64,000 bases of DNA from Eledone cirrhosa (lineage: Eukaryota): assembly GCA_964016885.1 (NCBI GenBank), contig OZ024743.1:183458001-183522000 (forward strand), written 5' to 3'. The position numbers were made by a program, and so were the translations under genes. Below, piece by piece: positions 48,727-63,300 of the stretch (positions within the stretch are counted from its first letter, which is position 1; every line of letters begins with the position of its first letter). The notes below the pieces were generated by a model. It saw only the letters and a program-made list of their open reading frames with translations, was not told where the DNA came from and ran no database searches.

Positions 48727-51700
48727 ATGGATGAAGTGTGTAATAAAACTGGGCGATGTTCCAAAATAGAACATTGCCCAGAAAATCACGTCTGCCATCT
48801 ATGTACAGAACCAGAGAACTCCTTCTGAAATCGATGGGTCGAATGTGGCAAATGTCGTGCTTCTGTTTGCCTTCAATCTGCTACAAACTTTCGAAAGATC
48901 CCAGGTCAGAAAAAGAGACACCATACTTCTATGATGGATGGGCTCTGGGAAATGGTCCAGCTACCAAATTGGTCCTTTCAGTACCTGGCTTGTATGTCTG
49001 CTTCTACCATTGTTGTTGTTCAACAGCAATGGTAGAGGCAGACATACAGCTGTTGAACAACAACAACAAAAACCGACGATCGTGTCTTCCTCTACCATTG
49101 TTCCTGAACAACAGCAAAAACTAACGACCGTAACTTCCGCTACTACTCCTGTTGAACGACTTCATCAACAACAGCAACACATGTCTTCCTCCCTCGTTAC
49201 TTTTCAACAACAACAACCGACGACTGTGTCTCCCTCTACCATGCCTGTTGAAGAACAACAACAACGAAAATCGACCGTCAATATTGAGTTTGCGGAAATA
49301 CGGCAAATGATTTCCGCTTTAACCCGAGAAATAGCAAGAATCAAATCAAGCGTTTGTGTAGAACCTCACAATGAGGGATCTTACTGGAGTACCTTGTTAA
49401 AAAATCTCCGCGCATCTCTTGCCGAATCTAGACATATTGAGAATGCCACTGAATCTGTAAACCACAAAGTGATTGCCATTGGTGTACCAGAAGACATAGT
49501 TGATCTTCAGGCATTTGCTGCCAGTTCATCCAAAGACTTGGGCTGTGCTCCCCCAAAGAGTGCTCTACGCCTTGGCCGACTAGGTCCGAAACCCAGGCTA
49601 ATTACACTGTCTTTTTCGAACTCAACTGAGGCATGTTCATATTTTTTGGCCTCTGAAAAAGCTAGGCGGGAAAGTCGGATTGCCTTCCGAACATGCCCTG
49701 GTCTTCCACCTGATGTCCGCCCAAAGCTGCGTGCTGCAGCTTCCTTAAACCGCAGCTCGGCAGAACATGAAAGCTTCAGCCTACGTGATGATGGGCAGAT
49801 AGGGAAGTTTATTAAGGCTGGTGACACATGGAAAAGAGATACCAGCTGGTCTGAAAATACTTGACCCACAACAACTGACAATAAAAAAAACTGAAAAAAC
49901 TCTGGGAGACTAAATCAGAACAACCTGTCATCCCCTGCACATAATCATAGACTGAAATTAAGGTACAAATTGTTGTCTTTAAATGCACGTAGTCTATGCA
50001 ATAAGATACATCTTTTTGACTCCTACGTCAAAAGTATCGACCCTGACTTCATTACAGTCACGGAAACATGGGCATATTCCTTACTCTGTGATGGGTTTTT
50101 CATCATAACTGGCTACAACTTGTTTCGTAAAGACCGCATTAATTGTGGTGGTGGTGGTGTAATGGTCTACGTTCGGTCAAATTTTTCAGCAATTTTTTTT
50201 GTTGATTTGAACCAATTGCAGCAAGAAATATTTTTCTGCGATATACGTATGACCATCTCAACACTGCTACTTGGAATAGTTTACCGTCCCAAAAATTACC
50301 ATCAGGGCACTCAACTTTGTGATATCCTCAGAGCTGCTGCCAGGAAAACAGCCACTTATGTTTTTATTGCAGGGGACTTCAATCACCCTGAGATTGACTG
50401 GGAAACCTTTTGTTGGCCGCAAAGTGCAAATGATTTCCTTGAGCTAGTGCTGGACTCGAATTTGTCCCAAGTAGTCACCTCCCCAACAAGAGGTGACAAC
50501 ACTTTGGATCTACTCTTCACCACTACTCCTGAAATGGTTATTAGTGTTACTACTGAGGAACCTTTAGGTGACTGATCATGCTATGATCATTGCCAATCTG
50601 TCCTTCATGGGCCGTAACAAAAACCACAACCATCTCCAAACTGCTCACTTTGACTGGAATAAAGCAGACTGGAACTGTTACTGCACCGAGCTGCAACCTC
50701 CAAACTGGCTTGAGTTTTATGACTCTGGAGATGTCAACACTGTACTCCAGAACATCCTGAACTCAGTATGGACAGCATGTGCAGCATCGGTGCCACGTAA
50801 GCAGAAAAAACATCCTAAAAGTGCAATTTGGGAGACCTTCTGTCTTGCCAGGAAAGAACTTTGTAATGCTGAACGCGAGTACAAATTACATAAATCAGAC
50901 ATCAATAAGAAAAAGCGAAATAAATCATCCAACCATCTCAAGCAGGTGACAAAAAAGGCAGTGCTTGAATTTGAGCAGCGCATAGCAACCAACCCTGACA
51001 GTTAGGTGTTCTGGAAGTATGTTCATTCAAAGCAGAGGCCTCACTCTCCAGTTGGTCCTCTTTGCAATCCTCACACAAGCCAGGTTACTGACGGCCCCAA
51101 GGAATGCACAGAACATTGCTGAATGCTTTGCAGGCATTTTCACTGTTGAAGACCGGAGCGTACCATCTCCACCACCTCATACATCGGATTCTATTACAAC
51201 TATGGAATTTACACCCGCAACACTTTCGAACTTCTGGAACTCTCAGTCTTATCCGGCCCTCGCAATTTGGATTTATCCCTAACTCCAGCTGCTGTGATCA
51301 ACTTATCGAGTTTCTTGAAGACATCATCTGGATCACTGATGCCGGCTCATGGGTGGATGTTGTTTACCTTGACTTTGCTAAAGCTTTCAATTCTGTGCCA
51401 CACAAAAGACTTATGGCAAAACTCTCTGCAATGGGTTTAAGTCCTTCATTCTCAGTCGAAGAGAGGTAGTCACGGTTCTAGGACAGCATTCCTCACCGTA
51501 TGAGATGTCATCTGGTGTACCACAGGGATCTGTTCTTGGCCCCCTTTTGTTTGTGGCATATATTAATGATATAGATGCCAACTTAAAGAATGCCACAATA
51601 CTGAAATATGCAAATGACATCAAGCTGTACCTTGAGATAAAAAGGACAGATCCTGAACACTATAGATCTTTCCTGCAATCTGATCTGGACACAATGCAAC

Positions 51701-52566
51701 AATGGATCACGGACTGACAACTCAAGCTGGCTGCGGACAAGTGTACCACCAAGCATTTTGGGAGTAAAAACCCAGCGTCCACATACTCCCTCCACAACAC
51801 TAATATCACAAAGTCTTCTTGTGAACGTGACCTGGGCATTACTGTCAGCAGTAATTTGCGTTGGATGAAGCACGTCTCTAAAATTGTCAAGAAGGCCCGA
51901 GGGTCTCTTAGCATCACTCAGCCGCTCTCCAGCTATCTATTTAAAGCTGTATATAGCTATGGTGCGGCCACACTTAGAATTTGCATCACCAGTCTGGAAC
52001 CCCTATCTTGCTCAGAACATTGACCGCCTGAAAACTGTTCAGAGACGTGCAACCAAGCGAATACCCTCCATTAGGCATCTACCATACTCTGAACGCCTTG
52101 CTTCCCTGGGCATGGATACATTGAAGTTCTGACGTCTGGCAACTGACTTGGTAAACACCCATAAAATTATTAACCATCTTGCCAACAACAACTCCGAGTA
52201 CCTTTTTGACTTCCATGTGTCTAACACATGTGGGCATGCCAACAAAGTCAGAAAACAGCACAGCTCCCATGACTTTCAGAAACATTTTTTCATGCTCAAA
52301 GTTGCTGAAGCATGGAATAAACTACCTGCATCAGTTATTAGCTGTCGAGACACTGCATCCTTTAAAATCTCCATGCTTCCTGAGATTCGCCAACACTACA
52401 CCTAATATTCCCCCTCCATACACACACCCCCATGTATATCATGACTCATACACTATTCACTTCCCTGACATTTGTATATTATTCTATGTACTATACATGC
52501 ACCTTTGATGAGTTGTAGTGCACCTGAGCACTGTACACAATAATTTCATTATTATTATTATTATTT
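48727..52566 (+). mobile_element. Near-full-length decayed CR1/L2-group LINE (ORF1 with PHD-like finger; ORF2 APE+RT)
   Basis: ORF1 from ATG 48727 (CHLC...WVECGKC...) to 49864. APE motifs NARSL, TETW, YRP, GDFN, LDL. RT motifs LDFAKAF, GVPQGSVLGPLLF, YAND. Multiple stops and frameshifts, an apparent internal deletion near 51240, and an (ATT)n tail. Confidence 0.95.
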
Positions 52567-52716
52567 TACTAGTGGATGGATAGTGGTAATAATTTGTGGC
52601 TAATTAAAGTAAAGACTTAATGTAATGCAGTCATAATGTTGCTTTGTACTTTTCAAGAAAGTCTTGTTAATGCGGTTTTATGCAATAAAGGACATTAAGA
52701 GTTAAAGCTAACAGAG

Positions 52717-53180
52717 ATCATCATCATCATCATGGCCACAGTCAAACATTCGTGATTTTCCATTGCTCCTGGCATTGGCTCCTTACTGAAGTTTGTATTG
52801 TTTAGGAGTTGATTGATGAAAGTTCAAGCAGGTCTTCTTCTACTGCATCTCCCATGAGTTAGTTTCCACAACAGTAACTTGTGTATAACTTCCTACATAC
52901 TTCTCCAGCAATGTCCTGCAAATTGTAACCATCTTTGAGCAATTGCAGTTGTTATCTTGGGTAAGTTTCTGTATAAACTTTCATTTGTAATACACTGACA
53001 CCAGTTTATGTTTTGTACAACCCTAAGTATTTTAGTGCCTACACCATCTAGTTCCTTCTCAAGTGCTTGTTTCGAGGTCCATGTACCTGATCCATACAAC
53101 AACACTGACTTAACAGATGTTCTAAAGAATGATATTTTTCTTTTTCTGGATAGATCTGACTTCTATATCCTTTCATCAAA
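52717..53180 (-). pseudogene. 3' fragment of an RTE-type LINE
   Basis: LLYGSGTWT...NESLYRNLPKI...LQFAGHCWRS with a (GAT)n tail at ~52717-52733. Similar to the fragment at 5805-6720. Confidence 0.8.
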
Positions 53181-53388
53181 ACACCATAACATCATATCAC
53201 AACACAGACACCATAACATTACATCACAACATACACACACCATAACACAACATAACACACACACACACACATCGTGTCACATAACACATACACAGACACC
53301 ATAACACACACCATAAGACCACATTGTAAGTTGACCAACAATATAAAGAAGTGGGTGTTAAAAGAGAGAGAGATAGAGAGCAACTAAC

Positions 53389-53466
53389 CATGTGTGGCTC
53401 TCACCATACTGTAGCCTTTGTCTCCAGTCACAGTTAAACAATCATCGGAAATTTTTAGCTGTGGAG
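53389..53466 (-). CDS. ASH2L: ASH2L exon
   Basis: [26 protein letters not shown] (human [26 protein letters not shown]). TTTCAG acceptor, GTTAGT donor. Phase 1 to 1. Confidence 0.97.
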
Positions 53467-54167
53467 CTGAAAGATAGAAGAATGATAATATAGAAGAGAG
53501 AATCATATAATCTGGGGTCTATAAAACTATAACAGATTAACCATTTTGTTACCAGATTTATAATAAAAGACATTGTCTATAGGTTTCAAATAATTTTGGA
53601 AATATTTAACAATTTGAAAGAATTTAGAAATATAATTAACTTCCTTGTTATCAAGCTGGTGTTTGGGTCATAACTTAACAGAAGTTCTTACATGAAATTA
53701 TGATGGAAGGTTTTTAGATAAATATAACACTTTAAAACAAACAGTTTTATATCATAGAACCAGGGTTATTTGTTATCTAAGAGGTTAAGGACAAGATTTC
53801 CTAATTAAATCATCAAAGCTTTGTTGATGTAGTTCATATTTTCTCAATGCTCTTCTCAATTAAAACAGACCAAGTGTATTTGTCTTTGTTTCTCTCAACA
53901 TCTACACAACATCTCATTGTATTTCTTTCTTCTTTAGAACAGCTAAAGTAGCCTTTGTTCTTTGAACCCTTTAGTATTTAACCTGGCTGGAACCAGCCGC
54001 TCATACTTATGTTAAGGGATTGTTCTCAAAATAAATAATATCAAAATCTCATAGATTTGATATTATGTGAGATACTTATGTGAGGTAAAGACTTTACTGG
54101 GAATATGTAATAGTATATATAGAGTAATGCAAATGCTAAAGAGTTAAACTTTACTTGTTGTGAATGT

Positions 54168-54545
54168 AGCATGGCCAAGTGGTTCAGAAGTTCACTTAGC
54201 AATCATTAGGTTCTGGGTTTAATCTCACTATGTGGAATCTTGGACATCATTTATAACACTGCTTTGGGTCAATTGATGGAATCTTGGGTATCATTTATGG
54301 CACTGCTTTGGGTCAATTTATGCCTTGTCAGTGAAATTGGGTAGACAGTAATTGTTTCAAAGCTGTAGCTGTAATTCAAAGAACCAGCCTTGTCACACAC
54401 TGTGTCTTGCTGAATCTCCCTGAGAATTACATTAAGAGTACATGTGTCTGTGGAATGCTCAGTCACTTATATATTAATTTCATGAGGAGGCTGTTCCATT
54501 GATCAAACAACTGGAACACTCATTATCAAAACTGATGGACATGTT
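54168..54545 (+). mobile_element. tRNA-head SINE-like dispersed repeat
   Basis: A-box/B-box-like head (TGGCCAAGTGGTT...GGTTCTGGGTTTAATCTC). The body is the reverse complement of repeats at ~33850-34100 and ~45290-45590. Confidence 0.6.
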
Positions 54546-55302
54546 CTATGTTACTCTCAAATTCTAAAGCCTGTCTCAAGTTCGGAGGCTCATCAGGCCG
54601 GTGATTTTCCCAGTTTCTGTGGCATTAAGCAACTAAGAGTACTCTAAAGATACTCTCACACTTAAAATACACAATACATTATACTAGTATTTTTGTTTAA
54701 AATAATATTTCAGTTATTTAACTCTCTGCTCAAGAAAAATGATACTTTCATTGAAGATTTCACTTAGTACCAACATCCAGAGATCAGGCCTCAATCACAT
54801 TGGTGAAGAGAGGATGTATATTGATTATCTTTTCCTCTTTGCTCCTGAGAGGGTTTTGGTGGCTGAAACCTCAAACACTCTTTCCAGTGGGTCTGTCAGA
54901 AGCAACCATCTTCAACTGATCCTGGGTCTCTTGCTGGTTGGTTTCTCTCATAAAATCTGTCCAGTGATTCCTTCCTGAGGCATTCTAATCACATGTCCAT
55001 AATACCTGAGATATGACCTCTCAATTCAGAGATAGGTATAAAAGTCAAACTCACTATCTTGCCAACCCTTACCTATAGTCATGAATCTTGGGTAATGACC
55101 AAAAGAATATGAACACAAATACAACTGCTGAAATGGGGTTCCTCTGAAGGGTCTTTGGAGTAACATTACTCAATAGAGTGCATAGCTCAGAGATCAGACA
55201 GTCGTTCCAGACTGAATTGAGAGACCAGAGTGATTATGAAGGGGGAAAAATGACTATTTAATTAATATAAATCAGTCAGAAGATCAATTAGTTCCAACTT
55301 AC

Positions 55303-55520
55303 CACGGTCATGTAAAGCGAAGAGAACATCATTTCCTAAAGAAGTTCGGTACAAATAACCGGGAATAGGCTTTCCAGCCCAGTCTGAACTCTCATCAAAA
55401 GCTTGTCTATTAGGTGCATGTGGGTCTTGTTCTGCTAGGATATAACGATAGCCATCTTTGTTAAATGGATGCTCCAGAGGGTAGCCATGGGGGGCTAGCT
55501 TCATTGCAGAATTCAATTCA
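55303..55520 (-). CDS. ASH2L: ASH2L exon
   Basis: [36 protein letters not shown]...[12 protein letters not shown]...ALHDR (signature [16 protein letters not shown]). Pyrimidine tract+TAG acceptor, GTAAGT donor. Phase 2 to 1. Confidence 0.98.
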
Positions 55521-55619
55521 CTAGATAGGAATATTGAAAAAGAAGGAAATAGACAGTAAATATAGAGCCCTTTATAAACAGGACTTAAAAAAAAACCTTT
55601 AAATTTTCTGCAATGTAGA

Positions 55620-55968
55620 TCATCATCATCATCATTATCATTTTTACGTTGACTTTTCCATGCTAGCATGGGTTGGACAGGACTTTTTGAGGTAGATCTA
55701 CAGTCAGATGCCCTTCCTGGAGCAACTCCTTGAGCTATGCGTTCATATAGTTGTACGGTCATGTAGGTGTCATGACCAAAAAGCACCCAGTCCTCGCTGT
55801 AAATGTGGTTGATGTTAGGAAGGGCATCCAGCCATAGAAACCAAGCCAAAACCAGTTCTGTATGAGCAAGACACGGTTCCAACCTGGCTTGTCTCACAAT
55901 GGGGCAACTCGTCTAACCTATGCTAGTGTGGAAAAATGGATGTTAAACAGTGATGATGATGATGATGA
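55620..55968. mobile_element. Two RTE-tailed SINE pieces in inverted (tails-outward) arrangement
   Basis: Left: (CAT)n...CCATGCTAGCATGGGTTGGAC...GATGCCCTTCC. Right: GGAAGGGCATC...GTCTAACCTATGCTAGTGTGG...(GAT)n. Confidence 0.75.
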
Positions 55969-56229
55969 ATACCCTAGTATTGCAGATGTGTCCAATCTAA
56001 TTAGCAAATAGATAAAATTATGACTACAATGGTGATGAAGGAAGGGGGGAAAACTTAAAATTATAACCATAAAGTGGAACTTCATATTTATATAGCATCT
56101 TATGCCACTCATTACCATTTGTGTCAATTCTACAGTTCTAAAAATTAGTTTCTTTTCTACAGGACATGAAGGTTCCATAATTTAGGATATGGTAGATGAG
56201 AATTTTTCCTGAAGGTAACATTGTGATGT

Positions 56230-56430
56230 TAACTGTTAAAGCTCAACTACATAGCTGTTTCAAGTTGTGGTATCAACTTTTGAACAACAATTGCATAGCT
56301 GTCTCAAGTTGTAGTAGTAACAGTTGAACCTAAACTATATAGCTGTCTCATGTTGTATTACCAACCGTTAAATATCAACAATATAGCTGTTTCAAGCTGG
56401 AGGTCAAGTTGAGGTATCAACTGTTAAACC
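56230..56430. repeat. Degenerate 44-bp tandem repeat, ~4.5 copies
   Basis: ATAGCTGT at 56251, 56295, 56339 and 56383. Confidence 0.8.
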
Positions 56431-57379
56431 TTACATAAGTGACCTACATGCTAAGTGCACCCAGTACACACTATAAAGTGGTTGGTGATAGGAAGGGTAT
56501 CCAGCCATAGAAAGCTTGCCAAACAAAGGTTTAGGAGGACCCTTCAGTTGTGTCAAATACATGACAACTTCTGTACACTCAATAGATTGTATGATTGTAT
56601 GTAAGTGAGATGCAGACTCCCCGGCCTGTCTGTGAGGTCAGTAGTCCTACTTCAGTACTGACTTGATCTATGTAGACCTGCCCAACCATTGCTAGCAGCG
56701 AAAGTGAATGTTAAACGAGGATGATGGTAGGTGCAAAGTTTGAGATTTTTAAGAATGGCAAATAAGAATCTGTAGAATTGGTGGCTTTTCTAAGATCCTA
56801 AGCAACTGCAGTGGTGACACCTATACGATGAATCTTCTCTGAACTTGCTGCTACAGTACTACACCTAAATTTACATTACAAGCTTAAAAGTTAAGAATAC
56901 TAAATTACTAACACACTTGTTAGGTCCAGTAATACCTAATGAGATAAGGAACCTCTACGTGATGCAACACTGCTAAAAATAACAGCCAAATATCCATAAA
57001 ATCACACCAAACTGCCTTTACCAAAGAATGAACATATTGTATAAATAGTTCAACTGAGAAAAAACAACAAAAAACAAAACATCTAAATAAATATAACAAT
57101 AAAAGCTAGACAGATGGGAGAGAACATTGTTATCCACCGATTGCCTCACAAGAGTTGATCAAGGGTTAAATATTTTTTTAAAAAGACAGTTTGTTGAGAT
57201 TTTATATACACACACACAGTTCTCTCCTTTTCTATTACATGTACACACCATTTAACATATAAATACACATTTATTTTCACACACATTCCCTCATCCCAAC
57301 ATAACTATACTACACACCGCCCCAGTTGCTCACACTCACATCATCATTCTTTCAGATACCTATACTACACATCAACACA

Positions 57380-60300
57380 CTCACACAACGTTGCTAACAT
57401 ACCTACAAAGTACTGTAAAAACAGATGTGACACATCACAACCTTGTTAACATACCTACAAAATACAGTAAAAACAAATGTGACACATCAGAACCTTGCTC
57501 ATATTCCTACAAAGTACAGTAAAAACAGATGTGACACATCACAACCTTGTTAACATACCTACAAAGTACAGTAAAAACAGATGTGACACATCACAACCTT
57601 GCTAACATAATTACAATGTACACTAAAAACAGATGTGACACATCACAACCTTGCTAACGTAATTACAATGTACACTAAAAACAGATGTGACACATCACAA
57701 CCTTGTTAACATGGCTACAAAGTACAGTAAAAGCAGATGTGACACATCACAACCTTGTTAACATACCTACAAAGTACAGTAAAAACAGATGTGACACATC
57801 ACAACCTTCCTCCTATTCCTACAAAGTACAGTAAAAACAGATGTGACACATCACAACCTTGTTAACATACCTACAAAGTACAGTAAAACAGATGTAACAC
57901 ATCACAACCTTACTAACATACATACAAAGTACAGTAAAAACAGATGTGACACATCACAACCTTGCTAACATACCTACAAAGTACAGTAAAAACAGATGTG
58001 ACACATCACAACCTTGCTAACATACCTACAAAGTACAGTAAATACAGATGTGACACATCACAACCTTGATAACATACCTACAAAGTACGGTAAAAACAGA
58101 TGTATGTGACACATCAAAACCGTGCTAACATACCTACAAAGTACAATAAAAACAGATGTGACACATCACAACCTTGTTAACATAGCTACAAAGTACAGTT
58201 AAAGTAGATGTGACACATCACCACCGTGCTCACATTCCCACAAAGTACAGTAAAAACAGATGTGACACATCACCACCGTGCTCACGTTCCTACAAAGTAC
58301 AGTAAAAACAGATGTGACACATCACAACCTTGCTAACATACCAACAAAGTACACCAAAAACAGATGTGACACATCACAACCTAGCTCATATTCCTACAAA
58401 GTACAGTAAAAACAGATGTGACACATCACAACCTTGCTAACATACCTACACAGTACAGTAAAAACAGATGTATGTGACACAACACTACCAAGGTAACATA
58501 CCTACAAAGTACAGTAAAAACAGATGTGACACATCACAACCTTGCTAACACACCTACAAAGTACACTAAAACAGATGTGACACATCACAACCTTGCTCAT
58601 ATTCCTACAAAGTAAAGTAAAAACAGATGTGACACATCACAACCTTGTTAAGATACCTACAAAATACAGTAAAAACAGATGTGACACATCACAACCTTGT
58701 TAACATAACTACAAAGTACAGTAAAAACAGATGTGACACATCACAAACTTCCTCCTATTCCTACAAAATACAGTAAAAACAGATGTGACACATCACAACC
58801 TTGCTAACATACGTACAAAGTACAGTAAAAACAGATGTGACACATCACAACCTTGTTAACATAGCTACAAAGTACAGTAAAAACAGATGTGACACATCAC
58901 AACCGTGTTAACATAGCTACAAAGTATAGTAAAAACAGATGTGACACATCACAACCTTGTTAACATACCTACAAAGTACAGTAAAAACAGATGTGACACA
59001 TCACAACCTTGCTCACATTCCTACAAAGTACAGTAAAAACAGATGTGACACATCACAACCTTGCTCACATTCCTACAAAGTACAGTAAAAACAGATGTGA
59101 CACATCACAACCTTGCTCACATTCCTACAAAGTACAGTAAAAACAGATGTGACACATCACCACCGTGTTCACATTCCTACAAAGTACAGTAAAAACAGAT
59201 GTGACACATCACAACCTTGTTAACATTCCCACAAAGTACAGTAAAAACAGATGTGACACATCACCACCGTGCTCACGTTCCTACAAAGTACAGTAAAAAC
59301 AGATGTGACACATCACAACCTTGCTAACATACCAACAAAGTACACCAAAAACAGATGTGACACATCACAACCTAGCTCATATTCCTACAAAGTACAGTAA
59401 AAACAGATGTGACACATCACAACCTTGCTAACATACCTACAAAGTACAGTAAAAACAGATGTATGTGACACAACACTACCAAGGTAACATACCTACAAAG
59501 TACAGTAAAAACAGATGTGACACATCACAACCTTGCTAACATACCTACAAAGTACACTAAAACAGATGTGACACATCACAACCTTGCTCATATTCCTACA
59601 AAGTAAAGTAAAAACAGATGTGACACATCACAACCTTGTTAAGATACCTACAAAATACAGTAAAAACAGATGTGACACATCACAACCTTGTTAACATAAC
59701 TACAAAGTACAGTAAAAACAGATGTGACACATCACAACCTTCCTCCTATTCCTACAAAATACAGTAAAAACAGATGTGACACATCACAACCTTGCTAACA
59801 TACGTACAAAGTACAGTAAAAACAGATGTGACACATCACAACCTTGCTCACATTCCTACAAAGTACAGTAAAAACAGATGTGACACATCACAACCTTGCT
59901 CACATTCCTACAAAGTACAGTAAAAACAGATGTGACACATCACCACCGTGTGCACATTCCTACAAAGTACAGTAAAAACAGATGTGACACATCACAACCT
60001 TGTTAACATACCTACAAAGTACAGTAAAAACAGATGTGACACATCACTACAATGCTCAAATTCCTACAAAGTACAGTAAAAACAGATGTGACACATCACA
60101 ACCTTGTTAACATACCTACAAAGTACAGTAAAAACAGATGTGACACATCACAACCTTCCTCCTATTCCTACAAAGTACAGTGAAAACAGATGTGACACAT
60201 CACAACCTTGTTAACATACCTACAAAGTACAGTAAAAACAGATGTGACACATCACAACCTTCCTCCTATTCCTACAAAGTACAGTGAAAACAGATGTGAC

Positions 60301-63300
60301 ACATCACAACCTTGTTAACATACCTACAAAGTACAGTAAAAACAGATGTGACACATCACCACCGTGTTCACATTCCTACAAAGTACAGTAAAAACAGATG
60401 AGACACATCACAACCTTGTTAACATACCTACAAAGTACAGTAAAAACAGATGTGACACATCACAACCTTGCTCACATTCCTACAAAGTACAGTAAAAACA
60501 GATGTGACACATCACAACCTTGCTCACATTCCTACAAAGTACAGTAAAAACAGATGTGACACATCACAACCATGCTCACATTCCTACAAAGTACAGTAAA
60601 AACAGATGTGACGCATCACAACCGTGCCAAAATTCCTACAAAGTAGTGTAAAAACAGATGTGACACATCACAACCTTGTTAACATACCTACAAAGTACAG
60701 TAAAAACAGATGTGACACATCACAACCTTGTTAACATACCTACAAAGTACAGTAAAAACAGATGTGACACATCACAACCTTACTAACATACGTACAAAGT
60801 ACAGTAATAACAGATGTGACACATCACAACCTTGTTAACATACCTACAAAGTACAGTAAAATTAAATGTGACACATCGCAACCTTGTTAACATAACTACA
60901 AAGTAAATTAAAAACAGATGTGACACATCACAACCTTCCTCCTATTCCTACAAAGTACAGTAAAAACAGATGTGACACATCACAACCTTGCTAACATACC
61001 TACAAAGTACACTAAAAACAGATGTGACACATCACAACCTTGTTAACATACCTACAAAGTACAGTAAAAACAGATGTGACACATCACTACAATGCTCACA
61101 TTCCTACAAAGTACAGTAAAAACATATGTGACACATCACAACCTTGTTAACATAGCTACAAAGTACAGTAAAAACATATGTGACACATCACAACCTTGTT
61201 AACATAGCTACAAAGTACAGTAAAAACAGATGTGACACATCACAACCATACTCACATTCCTACAAAGTACAATAAAAACAGATGTGACACATCACAACCT
61301 TGTTAACATACCTACAAAGTACAGTAAAAACAGATGTGACACATCACAACCTTGTTAACATAGCTACAAAGTACAGTAAAAACAGATGTGACACATCACA
61401 ACCTTGTTAACATAGCTACAAAGTACAGTAAAAACAGATGTGACACATCACAACCTTGCTCACATTCCTACAAAGTACAGTGAACACAGATGTGACACAT
61501 CACAACCATGCTCACATTCCTACAAAGTACAGTAAAAACAGATGTGACACATCACAACCTTGTTAACATACCTACAAAGTACAGTAAAAACAGATGTGAC
61601 ACATCACAACCTTGTTAACATAGCTACAAAGTACAGTAAAAACAGATGTGACGCATCACAACCTTGCTCACATTCCTACAAAGTACAGTAAAAACAGATG
61701 TGACACATCACAACCTTGCTCACATTCCTACAAAGTACAGTGAACACAGATGTGACACATCACAACCATGCTCACATTCCTACAAAGTACAGTAAAAACA
61801 GATGTGACACATCACAACCTTGTTAACATACCTACAAAGTACAGTAAAAACAGATGTGACACATCACAACCTTGTTAACATACCTACAAAGTACAGTAAA
61901 AACAGATGTGACACATCACAACCTTGTTAACATAGCTACAAAGTACAGTAAAAACAGATGTGACACATCACAACCTTGTTAACATAACTACAAAGTACAG
62001 TAAAAACAGATGTGACACATCACAACCTTGTTAACATACCTACAAAGTACAGTAAAAACAGATGTGACACATCACAACCTTGCTCACATTCCTACAAAGT
62101 ACAGTAAAAACAGATGTGACACATCAAAACCTTGCTCACATTCCTACAAAGAACAGTGAAAACAGATGTGACACATCACAACCATGCTCACATTCCTACA
62201 AAGTACAGTAAAAACAGATGTGACACATCACAACCTTGTTAACATAGCTACAAAGTACAGTAAAAACAGATGTGACACATCACAACCTTGTTAACATACC
62301 TACAAAGTACAGTAAAAACATATGTGACACATCACAACCTTGCTCACATTCCTACAAAGTACAGTAAAAACAGATGTGACACATCACAACCTTGCTCACA
62401 TTCCTACAAAGTAGAGTAAAAACAGATGTGACACATCACAACCTTGCTAACATACCTACAAAGTACAGTAAAAACAGATGTATGTGACACAACACTACCA
62501 AGGTAACATACCTACAAAGTACAGTAAAAACAGATGTGACACATCACAACCTTGCTAACACACCTACAAAGTACACTAAAACAGATGTGACACATCACAA
62601 CCTTGCTCATATTCCTACAAAGTAAAGTAAAAACAGATGTGACACATCACAACCTTGTTAAGATACCTACAAAATACAGTAAAAACAGATGTGACACATC
62701 ACAACCTTGTTAACATAACTACAAAGTACAGTAAAAACAGATGTGACACATCACAACCTTCCTCCTATTCCTACAAAATACAGTAAAAACAGATGTGACA
62801 CATCACAACCTTGCTAACATACGTACAAAGTACAGTAAAAACAGATGTGACACATCACAACCTTGTTAACATAGCTACAAAGTACAGTAAAAACAGATGT
62901 GACACATCACAACCGTGTTAACATAGCTACAAAGTACAGTAAAAACAGATGTGACACATCACAACCTTGTTAACATACCTACAAAGTACAGTAAAAACAG
63001 ATGTGACACATCACAACCTTGCTCACATTCCTACAAAGTACAGTAAAAACAGATGTGACACATCACAACCTTGCTCACATTCCTACAAAGTACAGTAAAA
63101 ACAGATGTGACACATCACAACCTTGCTCACATTCCTACAAAGTACAGTAAAAACAGATGTGACACATCACCACCGTGTTCACATTCCTACAAAGTACAGT
63201 AAAAACAGATGTGACACATCACAACCTTGTTAACATTCCCACAAAGTACAGTAAAAACAGATGTGACACATCACCACCGTGCTCACGTTCCTACAAAGTA

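Noticed and set aside
55521-55897. N-terminal 130 aa of the 211-aa ORF 55262-55897
   Set aside because: Read-through of intronic SINE sequence upstream of the real ASH2L acceptor at 55521-55522.
57424-57440. TGTGA-N4-TCACA resembling a bacterial CRP site
   Set aside because: The spacing is N4 rather than N6, and the DNA is eukaryotic.
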